A DNA stretch of 64,000 bases, taken from NCBI GenBank assembly GCA_965249135.1, contig OZ252220.1, forward strand, positions 518,056 through 582,055, in the 5' to 3' direction. The stretch is from Alphaproteobacteria bacterium (GTDB lineage Bacteria; Pseudomonadota; Alphaproteobacteria; GCA-2746255). The notes under the pieces are model-generated. The model ran no database searches and was not told the DNA's origin. It was given only the letters and a program-made list of their open reading frames with translations. Below, in pieces: positions 48,281-58,161 of the stretch; within the stretch, counting starts at the first letter, position 1; each line of letters begins with the position of its first letter. Position numbers and translations under genes: made by a program.

Positions 48281-48594
48281 TCGAACCGTTTCCGCCTGAC
48301 TTGGCGCATGTGCCCGGACGGGCCTGCGCTTTTGAGATCCCCTTGCCGATTATCCGGCCGATTTATTAACCACCAATTTATCAAAGCCACAATCAGAGCT
48401 GAAACCCTTGGCTTGCTTGGCCTTGGCAAGGGCCGCCGAGTATAGCGGCCGCTTGGGGCGGAAAAAAGGGCGTTTGACCGCCGGGGGGGGCATGATTTTG
48501 CCTCAGAACACTCGATGGCAGGGTCCAAGACCGTGGCTCGGGCCTTGAACCTTCGCAACGCTCCCCGAACACGCATGGGCAGGGTGTCAAGGGG

Positions 48595-48672
48595 TGGCGG
48601 GAGTGACGGGACTCGAACCCGCGACCTCCGGCGTGACAGGCCGGCGCTCTAAACCAACTGAGCTACACCCCC
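48595..48672 (-). tRNA. tRNA-Asp (GTC)
   Basis: The reverse complement folds as a cloverleaf with anticodon loop CTGTCAC (anticodon GTC) and the GGTCGCGGGTTCGAGTCCCGTC T-arm typical of tRNA-Asp. Confidence 0.9.
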
Positions 48673-48747
48673 CTATTTGCGAAGGCGGCCTCCTTACTCC
48701 TTCCACCTTCCGAGTGTCAAGCAGATGGGGAAACTCCGCGGGGTCCA

Positions 48748-48823
48748 TGGTGGGCGATGACGGGATCGAACCGCCGACCTTCTCGGTGTAAACGAGACGC
48801 TCTCCCAACTGAGCTAATCGCCC
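48748..48823 (-). tRNA. tRNA-Val (TAC)
   Basis: The reverse complement GGGCGATTAGCTCAGTTGGGAGAGC...TTTACAC...GGTTCGATCCCGTCATCGCCCACCA has anticodon TAC. Confidence 0.9.
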
Positions 48824-48869
48824 AGGAAAGGATTTGGGCCCTTTTTCAACTTCCCTCAAGCCAGAAACA

Positions 48870-48900
48870 ATGTCGGCCGCCTGATAAAGGCGGCCGACAT
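48870..48900 (-). terminator. Stem-loop terminator downstream of hupB
   Basis: A 12-bp inverted repeat ATGTCGGCCGCC-N7-GGCGGCCGACAT lies immediately 3' of hupB on the minus strand. Confidence 0.5.
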
Positions 48901-48942
48901 CCTAGAATTCCTTGTGAAGGACCCGCCAAAAGCGGTGTCAGT

Positions 48943-49218
48943 TCAACGATTTACCGATTCTTTCAAGCCCTTGCCGGCCTTGAACTTTGGCTGCTTCGAC
49001 GCAGGAATGTCGATCGCTTCACCGGTACGCGGATTCCGGCCCTTCGAAGCCGCACGATTCGCGACGCTGAAGGTGCCAAACCCAACCAGACGCACTTCGT
49101 TACCCTGCGTTAAGCTGTTTGAGATGATATCGAATACGCTTTCAACCGCACGCGCACTATCCGCCTTCGACAAACCAGCTTTGCCTGAAACTGCAGCCAC
49201 AAGATCGTTCTTATTCAC
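48943..49218 (-). CDS. hupB: DNA-binding protein HU
   Basis: (M)NKNDLVAAVSGKAGLSKADSARAVESVFDIISNSL...RNPRTGEAI matches HU. The start is at the GTG (cac at 49216-49218), and the ORF-track extension is non-homologous. Confidence 0.85.
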   Translation of the reverse strand: MNKNDLVAAVSGKAGLSKADSARAVESVFDIISNSLTQGNEVRLVGFGTFSVANRAASKGRNPRTGEAIDIPASKQPKFKAGKGLKESVNR

Positions 49219-49367
49219 GTCCACGCCCCCTTTGTAAGAATGAGATGGGCATCCCAATGGTGATTGATCGAGCATGAGTCTATGGCGCACCGAGAGGCGC
49301 GTCAATGCAGGAAACGCCATTTTCTGCGGTTTTTCGAGGGTTTGACGCGTGTGGGCGGCGGGGCGAG

Positions 49368-51779
49368 TCAGTGGGTCACGACGTCGCCGACGTCGCTCTG
49401 GTCATTCTTCGTCGCAACCGCTTCGATCTTTTCTTTGTCGCTCCACTCGATCGGCGTCAGCGATTCGACAAGCGCATTGTGCAGAACATCATCGACGGTG
49501 CCAATCAGAATAATCTCCAGACCGCGTTTAATGTTCTGAGGAATCTCTACCAAGTCTTTCTCGTTATCCTTTGGAATCAATACGGTTTTGACCCCTCCAC
49601 GAAGGGCGGCTAGTAGCTTCTCCTTGAGACCGCCAATGGGCAGAACCCGGCCGCGTAGCGTGATCTCACCCGTCATGGCGACATCTTTCCGCACCGCAAT
49701 ACCGGTGAGCGCCGAGACGATCGCCGTGCCCATGGCGACCCCTGCCGAGGGCCCGTCCTTCGGGGTGGCGCCCTCGGGCACGTGCACGTGGATGTCCTTC
49801 TTCTCGAAGACGGCCGGCCGGATCCCGAAGTCGAGCAACCGCGAGCGAATGTAGCTGCGGGCCGCCTCCACCGATTCCTGCATGACGTCGCCCAACTGAC
49901 CGGTGGGTTTCACGATGTTGCCCTTGCCCGGCATGACAACGGCCTCGATGGTGAGCAGTTCGCCGCCAACCTCCGTCCAGGCGAGCCCCGTTGCGACCCC
50001 GACCAAGTCCTCGAGTTCCGTTTCGCCATAGCGGAAACGACGAACGCCCGCATACTTTTCGAGATTTCGTCGCGAGATGGAAAGCCGCTTCTTGCTTTTC
50101 ATCAGAAGTTCTTTCGCCGCCTTCCGCATGAGACTCGCAAGTTCGCGTTCGAGATTACGCACGCCCGCTTCCCGCGTGTAGTAACGGATGAGGTCTTTCA
50201 GCGCCTCGGCCGAAATCGACCATTCGCTCTTCTTCAAGCCGTTTGCTTTCAACTGCTTGGAGATCAGGTGGCGGATCGCGATCTCGATCTTCTCGTCCTC
50301 CGTATAGCCGGGCAGCCGGATGATCTCCATCCGGTCCATCAATGGCTGCGGCATGCGAAGCGTGTTCGCCGTCGTCACGAACATGACGTCGGAGAGATCG
50401 TAGTCGACCTCCAGATAATGATCCTGGAAGGTCGAATTCTGTTCCGGATCCAGCACCTCGAGCAGCGCCGAGGAAGGATCACCACGGAAATCCGCACCGA
50501 GCTTGTCGACCTCGTCGAGCAGGAAAAGCGGGTTTATCGTCTTCACCTTCTTCATCGACTGGATGATCTTGCCCGGCATCGACCCGATATAGGTCCGGCG
50601 GTGACCGCGAATTTCCGCTTCGTCCCGAATGCCGCCCAGCGAGACGCGCACGAAGTTGCGCCCCGTCGCCCGGGCGATCGAAGCGCCCAGCGAGGTCTTG
50701 CCGACGCCGGGTGGTCCCACCAGGCAAAGAATCGGCCCGCGGATCTTCTTGGTCCGTTGCTGGATGGCCAAGTATTCGAGAATCCGTTCCTTTACCTTCT
50801 CCAACCCATAGTGATCGGCGTTCAGGACACGGGCCGCTTCACGGATATCGCGCTTGATCTTCGAGCGCTTCCCCCAGGGAATGTTTAGCAGCCAATCCAG
50901 GTAATTGCGGACGACCGTCGCCTCGGCGGACATCGGGCTCATCGTGCGCAGCTTCTTGAACTCCGATATCGCCTTCTCGCGGGCTTCCTTGTCGAATTTC
51001 GTCTTACGGATTCGATCTTCGAGCTCGCCGAACTCGTCCCGGCCATCCTCGGATTCGCCAAGCTCCTTCTGGATCGCCTTCATCTGCTCGTTCAGATAGT
51101 ACTCGCGTTGAGTCTTCTCCATCTGACGCTTCACGCGATTGCGGATCCGCTTTTCGACCTGCAGGACGCCGATCTCGGCTTCCATCATCGTGCAAATCCG
51201 CTCCAGACGTTCAGGGACGGAGATGAGCTCGAGCAGGGTCTGCTTGTCCCGAAGCTTCAACGCCAGGTGTGAGGCGATCGTGTCGGCAAGCTTCGAAGGC
51301 TCCTCGATCTGGTTGATGGAGACCAGCACCTCCGGCGGGATCTTCTTGTTGAGCTTCACATACTGCTCGAACTGGGAGATCACCGTCCGGGTCAGGGCTT
51401 CCGTTTTGTCCTCTTCGCCGAACACGTCCTTAGCTTCCTCGGCATGGGCCTGAAAGTAGGGATCGGACTGGGTGAACTGAAGGATATTTGCCCGTCGCGC
51501 CCCTTCGACGAGCACCTTAACGGTCCCATCCGGAAGCTTCAGCAGCTGGAGCGCCGTGCCGACCGTGCCGACCGAGTAAATGTCGTCGGTCGTCGGGTCA
51601 TCCTTGCTCGCATCCTTCTGGGTTACGAGAAGGATCTGCTTGTTGTCCTTCATGACCTCGTCCAGGGCACGGACGGACCTATCCCGGCCCACGAACAGGG
51701 GGACGATCATGTGGGGAAAGACCACGATGTCCCGAAGCGGGAGGACCGGATAGAGGATGTTTTTGCTCAGATCGTTCAT
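49368..51779 (-). CDS. lon: ATP-dependent Lon protease
   Basis: 803-aa protein with an N-domain, AAA+ Walker [10 protein letters not shown] and a C-terminal proteolytic domain containing the PKDGPSAG serine motif. Confidence 0.95.
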   Translation of the reverse strand: MNDLSKNILYPVLPLRDIVVFPHMIVPLFVGRDRSVRALDEVMKDNKQILLVTQKDASKDDPTTDDIYSVGTVGTALQLLKLPDGTVKVLVEGARRANILQFTQSDPYFQAHAEEAKDVFGEEDKTEALTRTVISQFEQYVKLNKKIPPEVLVSINQIEEPSKLADTIASHLALKLRDKQTLLELISVPERLERICTMMEAEIGVLQVEKRIRNRVKRQMEKTQREYYLNEQMKAIQKELGESEDGRDEFGELEDRIRKTKFDKEAREKAISEFKKLRTMSPMSAEATVVRNYLDWLLNIPWGKRSKIKRDIREAARVLNADHYGLEKVKERILEYLAIQQRTKKIRGPILCLVGPPGVGKTSLGASIARATGRNFVRVSLGGIRDEAEIRGHRRTYIGSMPGKIIQSMKKVKTINPLFLLDEVDKLGADFRGDPSSALLEVLDPEQNSTFQDHYLEVDYDLSDVMFVTTANTLRMPQPLMDRMEIIRLPGYTEDEKIEIAIRHLISKQLKANGLKKSEWSISAEALKDLIRYYTREAGVRNLERELASLMRKAAKELLMKSKKRLSISRRNLEKYAGVRRFRYGETELEDLVGVATGLAWTEVGGELLTIEAVVMPGKGNIVKPTGQLGDVMQESVEAARSYIRSRLLDFGIRPAVFEKKDIHVHVPEGATPKDGPSAGVAMGTAIVSALTGIAVRKDVAMTGEITLRGRVLPIGGLKEKLLAALRGGVKTVLIPKDNEKDLVEIPQNIKRGLEIILIGTVDDVLHNALVESLTPIEWSDKEKIEAVATKNDQSDVGDVVTH

Positions 51780-51811
51780 TCCAGCTACCTACCCGGCATT
51801 GCCGGTCGATG

Positions 51812-51842
51812 GTTATATGGCTCCGCCAAAGACGATTTCGAG
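51812..51842 (-). promoter_or_regulatory. Putative sigma-32 (RpoH) heat-shock promoter of lon
   Basis: On the minus strand, CTCGAAA-N13-AGCCATATAA resembles the consensus CTTGAAA-N13/14-CCCCATNT. It lies about 30 nt upstream of the lon ATG. Confidence 0.4.
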
Positions 51843-51878
51843 CCGTTTTTTGGGAAGTACGCCCCGAGCGAGGACGGT

Positions 51879-53144
51879 TTAGGCGCTTGTCTCGACGTCG
51901 GTCTGCCGATCCGCGTAGATATAGAGAGGCTTGGCCCGGCCTTCGACCACTTCCCGATTGATCACAACTTCCTCAACGCCATCTAGGCTAGGAAGCTCGA
52001 ACATCGTATCCAATAAGTTCGCCTCCAGGATCGACCGCAGGCCCCGCGCCCCTGTCTTGCGCAGGATCGCCCGCTCGGCGATCGCCTGGAGGGCATCCTC
52101 CGTGAAGGTAAGCTGGACGTTCTCCATATCAAACAGCCGTTCATATTGCTTGACGAGGGCGTTCTTTGGCTTCGTCAGAATCTCCACCAGCGCCACTTCG
52201 TCCAAATCTTCCAGAGTCGCGATGACCGGGAGCCGGCCGATGAACTCCGGAATCAGCCCGAACCGCAGCAGATCCTCCGGCTCGACGTCGTGCAGGATCT
52301 CCCCGGTCTGACGGTCGTCCGGACCCCGCACGTCGGCACCAAAGCCGACGGCCGATCCCTGGCCACGAGCGGAAATGATCCGTTCCAGCCCGGAGAAGGC
52401 GCCGCCGCAGACGAAAAGGATGTTCGTCGTGTCCACCTGCAGAAATTCCTGCTGCGGATGCTTGCGCCCGCCTTGGGGCGGAACGGAGGCAATCGTGCCC
52501 TCCATGATCTTGAGCAACGCCTGCTGGACCCCTTCACCAGAGACGTCCCGGGTGATGGAAGGGTTGTCGGACTTGCGGGAAATCTTGTCGACTTCGTCGA
52601 TGTAGACGATGCCGCGCTGGGCACGCTCGACATTATAGTCCGCGGCCTGGAGCAGCTTGAGGATGATGTTCTCGACATCCTCACCCACATAGCCTGCTTC
52701 CGTCAGCGTCGTGGCATCCGCCATCGTGAAGGGAACGTCAAGAATACGGGCCAGCGTCTGCGCAAGGAGCGTCTTCCCACAGCCCGTCGGTCCGACAAGC
52801 AGGATGTTCGACTTGGCGAGTTCGACCTCTTCCGACCGGGCGCCATGGCCAAGCCGCTTGTAATGATTGTGAACGGCAACGGAAAGCACACGCTTGGCAT
52901 GTTCCTGCCCGATGACATAGTCGTTGAGCACCGTGTAGATGTCTTTCGGTGTCGGGACGCCATCCTGGGACTTGGCGAGCGTACTCTTGTTCTCTTCACG
53001 GATAATATCCATGCAGAGTTCGACACACTCATCGCAAATGAAAACGGTCGGCCCGGCGATGAGTTTGCGGACTTCGTGCTGGCTCTTACCGCAGAACGAG
53101 CAGTAAAGCGTATTCTTTGAATCACCGCCGGTCGTCTTGCTCAT
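51879..53144 (-). CDS. clpX: ATP-dependent Clp protease ATP-binding subunit ClpX
   Basis: Zinc-finger CSFCGK...CDEC N-terminus and AAA+ Walker A GPTGCGKT; 421 aa. Confidence 0.95.
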   Translation of the reverse strand: MSKTTGGDSKNTLYCSFCGKSQHEVRKLIAGPTVFICDECVELCMDIIREENKSTLAKSQDGVPTPKDIYTVLNDYVIGQEHAKRVLSVAVHNHYKRLGHGARSEEVELAKSNILLVGPTGCGKTLLAQTLARILDVPFTMADATTLTEAGYVGEDVENIILKLLQAADYNVERAQRGIVYIDEVDKISRKSDNPSITRDVSGEGVQQALLKIMEGTIASVPPQGGRKHPQQEFLQVDTTNILFVCGGAFSGLERIISARGQGSAVGFGADVRGPDDRQTGEILHDVEPEDLLRFGLIPEFIGRLPVIATLEDLDEVALVEILTKPKNALVKQYERLFDMENVQLTFTEDALQAIAERAILRKTGARGLRSILEANLLDTMFELPSLDGVEEVVINREVVEGRAKPLYIYADRQTDVETSA

Positions 53145-53332
53145 AACGGCCTCATTCGTATATTTGCCAGTACGTTAGCCCTAGCCCATTTCGCCTTGTA
53201 ATGTCAAAACCTAGGCTGCCCAGGTAATGAAAATGATAACGAAATTACATTTTTCGCCACTATTTTTATCAGGAGTTATCAAAACCCTAACGCGATTCAA
53301 TGGTTATCAATATTTTGTTATTCTTGAAAGGC

Positions 53333-53956
53333 TTACTTTTCCGGTATCGGGCGGCTCTTAACCACTGCATCGATCAGGCCAAATTCCAATGCCTCCTCCG
53401 GCGAGAGGAATTTGTCGCGTTCGACAGCCTCCTCGATTGCATCTAGGGTCTTACCGGTGTGCTCCACATAGATATCGTTAAGGCGAGAACGCAACGCAAG
53501 AATCTCTTTCGCCTGAATTTCGATGTCCGTCGCTTGCCCCTGGGTGCCTCCGGACGGCTGGTGGAGCATGATCCGCGAGTTGGGGAGCGCATAGCGTTTC
53601 TTCGCAGCCCCCGCGGCAAGCAGCAGCGATCCCATCGAGGCGGCCTGTCCGACGCAAACGGTCGAAACTTCCGGCCGGATGTATTGGATCGTGTCGTAGA
53701 TGGCGAGGCCGGCGGTGACCGTGCCTCCTGGCGAGTTGATATAGACGGAAATATCCTTGTTCGGATTCTCCGATTCGAGAAACAGCAATTGCGCGCAAAT
53801 GAGACTCGCCCCGGCATCGTCGATGCCACCCGTGAGAAAGACGATACGTTCCTTGAGCAGCCGAGAATAGATGTCATAGGCGCGCTCCCCTCGATTCGTC
53901 TGTTCGACGACCATCGGGACCAGCAGATTCATGTGTGTGTCATTTGAATCGCCCAT
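53333..53956 (-). CDS. clpP: ATP-dependent Clp protease proteolytic subunit
   Basis: [26 protein letters not shown]... with the GQAASMG active-site serine motif. The start is at [10 protein letters not shown] (cat at 53954-53956); the Arg-rich ORF-track extension is tig read in another frame. Confidence 0.9.
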   Translation of the reverse strand: MGDSNDTHMNLLVPMVVEQTNRGERAYDIYSRLLKERIVFLTGGIDDAGASLICAQLLFLESENPNKDISVYINSPGGTVTAGLAIYDTIQYIRPEVSTVCVGQAASMGSLLLAAGAAKKRYALPNSRIMLHQPSGGTQGQATDIEIQAKEILALRSRLNDIYVEHTGKTLDAIEEAVERDKFLSPEEALEFGLIDAVVKSRPIPEK

Positions 53957-54008
53957 CGAATAAATCCCCGTTCCGGAAGGAAGCAGGTTTTGCCGCCTCG
54001 TCCTTAGT

Positions 54009-55484
54009 TTAACCCTTTGCCTTCTTTGCCGCCTTCTTCTTCGTCGTCTTCGCGACCATTTTACCACTTTTTGCCGCCTTTGCCGTCTTCTTGCCGGATT
54101 CGGCCTTCTTTTTGTCCATCCCGGCGGCCTTTTCCACGGTGGCCTGGACCTCGCCCAGCAATTCCTCAGGCGAAACGTTGCGCGTCGTGACCTTCGCTTT
54201 TTCCAAAAGAAAGCCGACGACCTTGTCTTCAAAAATAGGAGCGACCAGCCGCCGCACACCCTCAGGATTTTTTTGATAAAATTCGAAGATCTGCGCCTCT
54301 TGGCCCGGATGTTGACGCGCTTCGCGCGCAATTGCCTCGTTGATTTCGGTCTGGGAAAGGGAGATGTCGTTCGACGAGCCGATTTCGGACAACAGCAAGC
54401 CCAGCCGGACGCGGCGTTCCGCGATCAGCCGGTATTCCTTCTTCAGGGCTTCCTCGTCCTTGCCCTCGAATTCGTCCTCGACTTCGGCGCCCTGCGTCTT
54501 GGCCATCTCCTGTTGTTTACGGTGGTCCTGAATTTGTTGCCAGATCGTCTCGAACTCCACATCGACGACCCCTTGCGGCAATTCAAACGTATGGCCGCTT
54601 GCCAGGATGTCGAGATAGGCCCGCTTTTCGCGAACATATGCGACGTGCTGATATTCCCTTTCGAGACTCGTCTGCATCTGGGTGCGAAGCTCGTCCAGCG
54701 TCTGAACCCCGAACGTCTTTGCGAGCTCATCGTCGATCTCGAACGGGATGCATTCCTGAAGCTCTTTTACGGTGACGTCGAAAACCGCCTCCTTGCCGAC
54801 CAATTCCTTGGCGGGGTACGCGTCGGGAAAGTTTAGGGTCACCGTGGCGCTTTCCCCAGCCTTCACGCCGACCAGCTGATCCTCGAAACCGGGGATGAAT
54901 TGGCCGGAACCAAGCTCGAGCTGCAGGCCTTCTGCGGAACCGCCCTCGAAGGGCTCGCCGCCGATCCGCCCGACGAAGTCGATGACGACGAGATCCCCCA
55001 TCTTCGCCGGCCGGTTCTCAGGAATAGGCTCAAAGCGCCGCTGGGCGGCGGCCGCGTTCTCGAGCGCCCGGACGATGTCCTTTTCTTCGATGACGGGCGT
55101 GAGTCGCTCGATCTCGATCTCAGAGAAATCCATGAAGTCGATCTGCGGTATGAGCTCGACCTTCAGGGTGAATTCAAGGTCCCTCCCCTCCGGGAAGGTG
55201 ACGATTTCCGCTTGGGGCTGCATGGCCGGCCGCAGGCTGCGTTCCTTCAACAAGTGCTGGGAGGTCTCGGTCAGCATTTTCTGGACGATTTCCGCCAGCA
55301 CGGACTGCCCATACTTACCGCGCACGAGCGACATGGGAACGTGGCCCGGCCGGAAGCCCGGCAGGTTTACCGTTGCGCTAAGCTCTTTTAGCTTTGCGTC
55401 GACTTTCTCTTCCACATCGGCCGAAGAAACGACGATCCTGAACTCGCGCTTCAGACCTTCGGCCTGGGTCTCCGTTACTTCCAT
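54009..55484 (-). CDS. tig: Trigger factor
   Basis: [15 protein letters not shown]... with a PPIase domain and a Lys/Ala-rich C-terminal tail. Confidence 0.9.
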   Translation of the reverse strand: MEVTETQAEGLKREFRIVVSSADVEEKVDAKLKELSATVNLPGFRPGHVPMSLVRGKYGQSVLAEIVQKMLTETSQHLLKERSLRPAMQPQAEIVTFPEGRDLEFTLKVELIPQIDFMDFSEIEIERLTPVIEEKDIVRALENAAAAQRRFEPIPENRPAKMGDLVVIDFVGRIGGEPFEGGSAEGLQLELGSGQFIPGFEDQLVGVKAGESATVTLNFPDAYPAKELVGKEAVFDVTVKELQECIPFEIDDELAKTFGVQTLDELRTQMQTSLEREYQHVAYVREKRAYLDILASGHTFELPQGVVDVEFETIWQQIQDHRKQQEMAKTQGAEVEDEFEGKDEEALKKEYRLIAERRVRLGLLLSEIGSSNDISLSQTEINEAIAREARQHPGQEAQIFEFYQKNPEGVRRLVAPIFEDKVVGFLLEKAKVTTRNVSPEELLGEVQATVEKAAGMDKKKAESGKKTAKAAKSGKMVAKTTKKKAAKKAKG

Positions 55485-55548
55485 TCGATTCTCGCTCGTC
55501 GGGTGAGATCGTGAACCGACCGTGGGGCCGGCCACACATGCAGGCAGC

Positions 55549-55633
55549 TGGTGCGGGCGGAGGGATTTGAACCCCCACGACTTTCGTCACCAGATCCTAA
55601 ATCTGGCGTGTCTACCAGTTCCACCACGCCCGC
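55549..55633 (-). tRNA. tRNA-Leu (TAG)
   Basis: The reverse complement GCGGGCGTGGTGGAACTGGTAGACACGCCAGATTTAGGATCTGGTGACGAAAGTCGTGGGGGTTCAAATCCCTCCGCCCGCACCA is a class II tRNA with a long variable arm and anticodon TAG. Confidence 0.9.
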
Positions 55634-55860
55634 ATGGGTACTCCGGCCCCTACTGCGGCGTAAACCGGCCTACGCAGGCGGCTTATAGCATGGAAGGCAT
55701 TGATAAAGTAAGCCTTCCGGCCTGGCCGAAAGACCGATGACCTTGGAACGCATGGCAACTCGGATGAAGAGAGAGAAGGAAGAGAAAGGAAAGAAGACCG
55801 CTTCAGACACCCATGCATGGATGCATACGTTAGTGAGCGTGTTCCGTGTAGCGTTCCGCA

Positions 55861-57784
55861 GTAGAGTCGAGGAAGGGCGCGGTGGTTTGTACCGCATTGG
55901 CATCACTCCGTTTCCCTTCCCCGCTCATCAAGCCGGACGTGCGAATTTCCCGCATCCGGCTTTCCGACTGGCTTCATCCCGGGGCACACGGCGGGGGGCC
56001 AAGATGAACCCGGCGCAGCCGAAGCACGCCGAGATCCCCGAACACGGTCCCAGCAGAGAACCGCGTGGTGCCGCGCGACGGCACCTTGTGACGCCTGACC
56101 AGAGAATGCCGCACGCGCTCATAGACGTAATTGTCGACCGCTCGATAGGCCGGCAGGCGCGTCCCGTAGCCGAAGTAGTGCGGCCAGCCGCGCAGCACGC
56201 TGTTCAGCTGGTCGCGCCTCGGGCCAGGGTGCCTGGTTGCCGGGCCGCAGGAGCCCTCGGACCTTCAGCTTGAGCCGAGCCACGCTCTTCCTGGACGGGC
56301 TCGCCCCCAGATACCAGTGGCCATCCTTGCGAAAGCGCTGCGGGCCGAAGCTATAGCCCAGGAAGTCGAAGCTCTCCTTGCGGCCATCGCGGACGCTGGT
56401 CTTGGCCTCGTTCAGGGTCAGTCCCAGCCGGGTCATCACCTGCCGCGTCCAGACCAAGGCCTCCCTCGCGTGTCCGCGACTGAGGATGACAAGGTCATCG
56501 GCATAGTTCACCACCTCGGCGCGGAACCTTGTGCCCTGCCCGGTGATCCGCCAGTACTTCAGAAAGCGGTTCATGTAGAGCGCGGCGAGCAGCGGCGAAA
56601 CAATCCCGCCTTGCGGGGTTCCCCGTGTGCTCCCCCGGCCGCCCGTCATGCGCCGCTTGCCATCCCCGTCGGTCTCCTCGACCGGTGTCTTGAGCCACAA
56701 TTTGATCAGGCGCAGGACGTTGCGATCGACGATCCGGCGCGCAACCGATTGCATCAGTTCCGCATGGGGAATCGTATCGAAGTACTTGGACAAATCCGCG
56801 TCAACCACGTCCGTGTAGCCGCGACAGAGAAGCTTGTGGACCGCCTGGACGGCATCGCCCGCAGAGCGTTTCGGTCGGTAGCCATAGGCACTGGGCTCGA
56901 GATCGGCCTCGAAGATCGGTTCGATCACGAGCTTGACGGCGCCTTGCACCACCCGGTCCCGGATCGTCGGGATGCCGAGCGGTCGTTCGCCGCCGCCGGG
57001 CTTTGGGACCATCGCCCGCCGCACCGGCTCAGGTCTGTACGTCTTGGCGCGAAGGTCGTCCCTGATCCCGGACAGCCACCCCTCCAGCCCCATCGCCTCG
57101 ATCTCCTCGAAGCTCTGTCCATCCACCCCCGGCGCGCCCTTGTTGGACCGCGCCAGTCGGTAGGCATGGAACAGGATGTCTTCGCGATAGACCTTGTCGT
57201 AGAGCAGGTAGAAGCGGAAGTCCGGTTCCGCCTTCGCCTTGAGATAGAGCTTCCTCTGGAGAGTCCGGATCTTTTCAGGTGTTTGCAGGCGCATCGCCAA
57301 TCACCCCGCCTCCTCTCCGTCAAAAGCGCACCAGAAGTAAGGGTGCTTCCCTCCGCCGGCATTACCCGGCATCAACGGTACTATCACCCTTTCCGATTCC
57401 CGCCCGCGCCGCCACCCGAGGTGACGTTGAGGCCGCTACCCTCGCCCGCGACGGGCCTCCCCCGATTACCCGTATCACCTTCCTTGCGTGCCGTGCCCAC
57501 TACCCCGGCGGACCGGAACGGGTGCATTCGTCGGTTACTCCCCCGTTCCACGCGGCCTTCCCCTAATCTCAGGAGGGTCGGCGTCCATATCTTCACTTTC
57601 GAGGCCTGCTCAGGCCTCACTCGCGTTCGGCCCGCAAGGTCGCTCAACCGCCCAAGGCGGCCTTTGTCACAGGACTTCGGTCCCGCCGGTTACCCGACAA
57701 GACCGCCTGTCAGCTACCAGATCAAACCGACAACTGTCTGGGTGGATCCTTCCTCCACTGGTGTTACGCGCCGTCGGGGCGCAC
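55861..57784 (-). mobile_element. Group II intron (about 1.9 kb) with an RT/maturase ORF in domain IV
   Basis: The 5' end GTGCGCCCCGACGG matches the intron 5' consensus GUGCGCCC. Domain V (AAGCCGGATGCGGGAAATTCGCACGTCCGGCTT, catalytic AGC triad, about 55930-55963) follows the ORF. The domain VI helix carries a bulged A 7 nt before the 3' terminal ...CTCTAC (AY). The ORF is an RT with YADD. Confidence 0.8.
55974..57300 (-). pseudogene. Group II intron-encoded reverse transcriptase/maturase, frameshifted between the RT and X domains (no endonuclease domain)
   Basis: ORF 56119..57300 covers RT domains 0-7 (YADD at VVNYADDLVIL) and then runs into a non-homologous tail. The maturase X motif LNSVLRGWPHYFGYG continues in another frame as ORF 55974..56198, so the shift lies near 56200-56245. 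Confidence 0.7.
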
Positions 57785-58161
57785 TAAGAATTTCCAGGCT
57801 AGCATGCGTGGTCCATCTTGCACGTCGTGATTGGCGCGGCGAATACGCACTTGATACGTCACATGCGGAATGCCGTATGGGTCCGAACGTACGGCCAGAA
57901 CTTTTGCCGTCTCGAGGACGGGCCCGGTATGTGGACAACGAAAGATATTTCCGGCCTGAATGTCAGGCGACTCGCCATTGCTGCCATGCATTTCTTTTAG
58001 TTTCACGCGCATCGTACGTTACTCAGCAAAAAAACACCTACCTGCGTCTTCTATGAGTCAGGAGCTTAGGCCTTTCGCTTTAACAAAAAGTAAAATGGTG
58101 TCTCTAAACTATATGAAATTGCAACGAAATTTCAGGCCGGCTCATTATGGATTCGCTAAGG

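Noticed and set aside
48281-48594. A 313-bp spacer upstream of nuoA with a G-run (GGGGGGGG) and imperfect palindromes, considered as a possible sRNA or riboswitch.
   Set aside because: No convincing stem-loop with terminator or known riboswitch core could be identified by eye. It is most simply the nuo operon promoter/leader downstream of the tRNA-Val/tRNA-Asp pair.
53957-54008. The 15-nt string TCCGGAAGGAAGCAG on the plus strand is identical to the conserved domain IV core of bacterial SRP (4.5S) RNA.
   Set aside because: Flanking sequence does not continue the SRP RNA helix (no GGTCAGG / CCAAGGCAGATGACGCG partners). The whole spacer is only 52 nt between tig and clpP. On the coding (minus) strand it is simply the clpP ribosome-binding region. 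It is most likely a chance match.
57764-58012. An 82-aa minus-strand ORF reads directly into the intron 5' splice site, suggesting an intron-interrupted host gene.
   Set aside because: After in-silico splicing, the reading frame continues into a low-complexity Ser/Leu/Pro stretch and straight through tRNA-Leu with no stop and no recognisable domain. The upstream 76 residues also have no recognisable features. It is more likely fortuitous ORFs in non-coding DNA.
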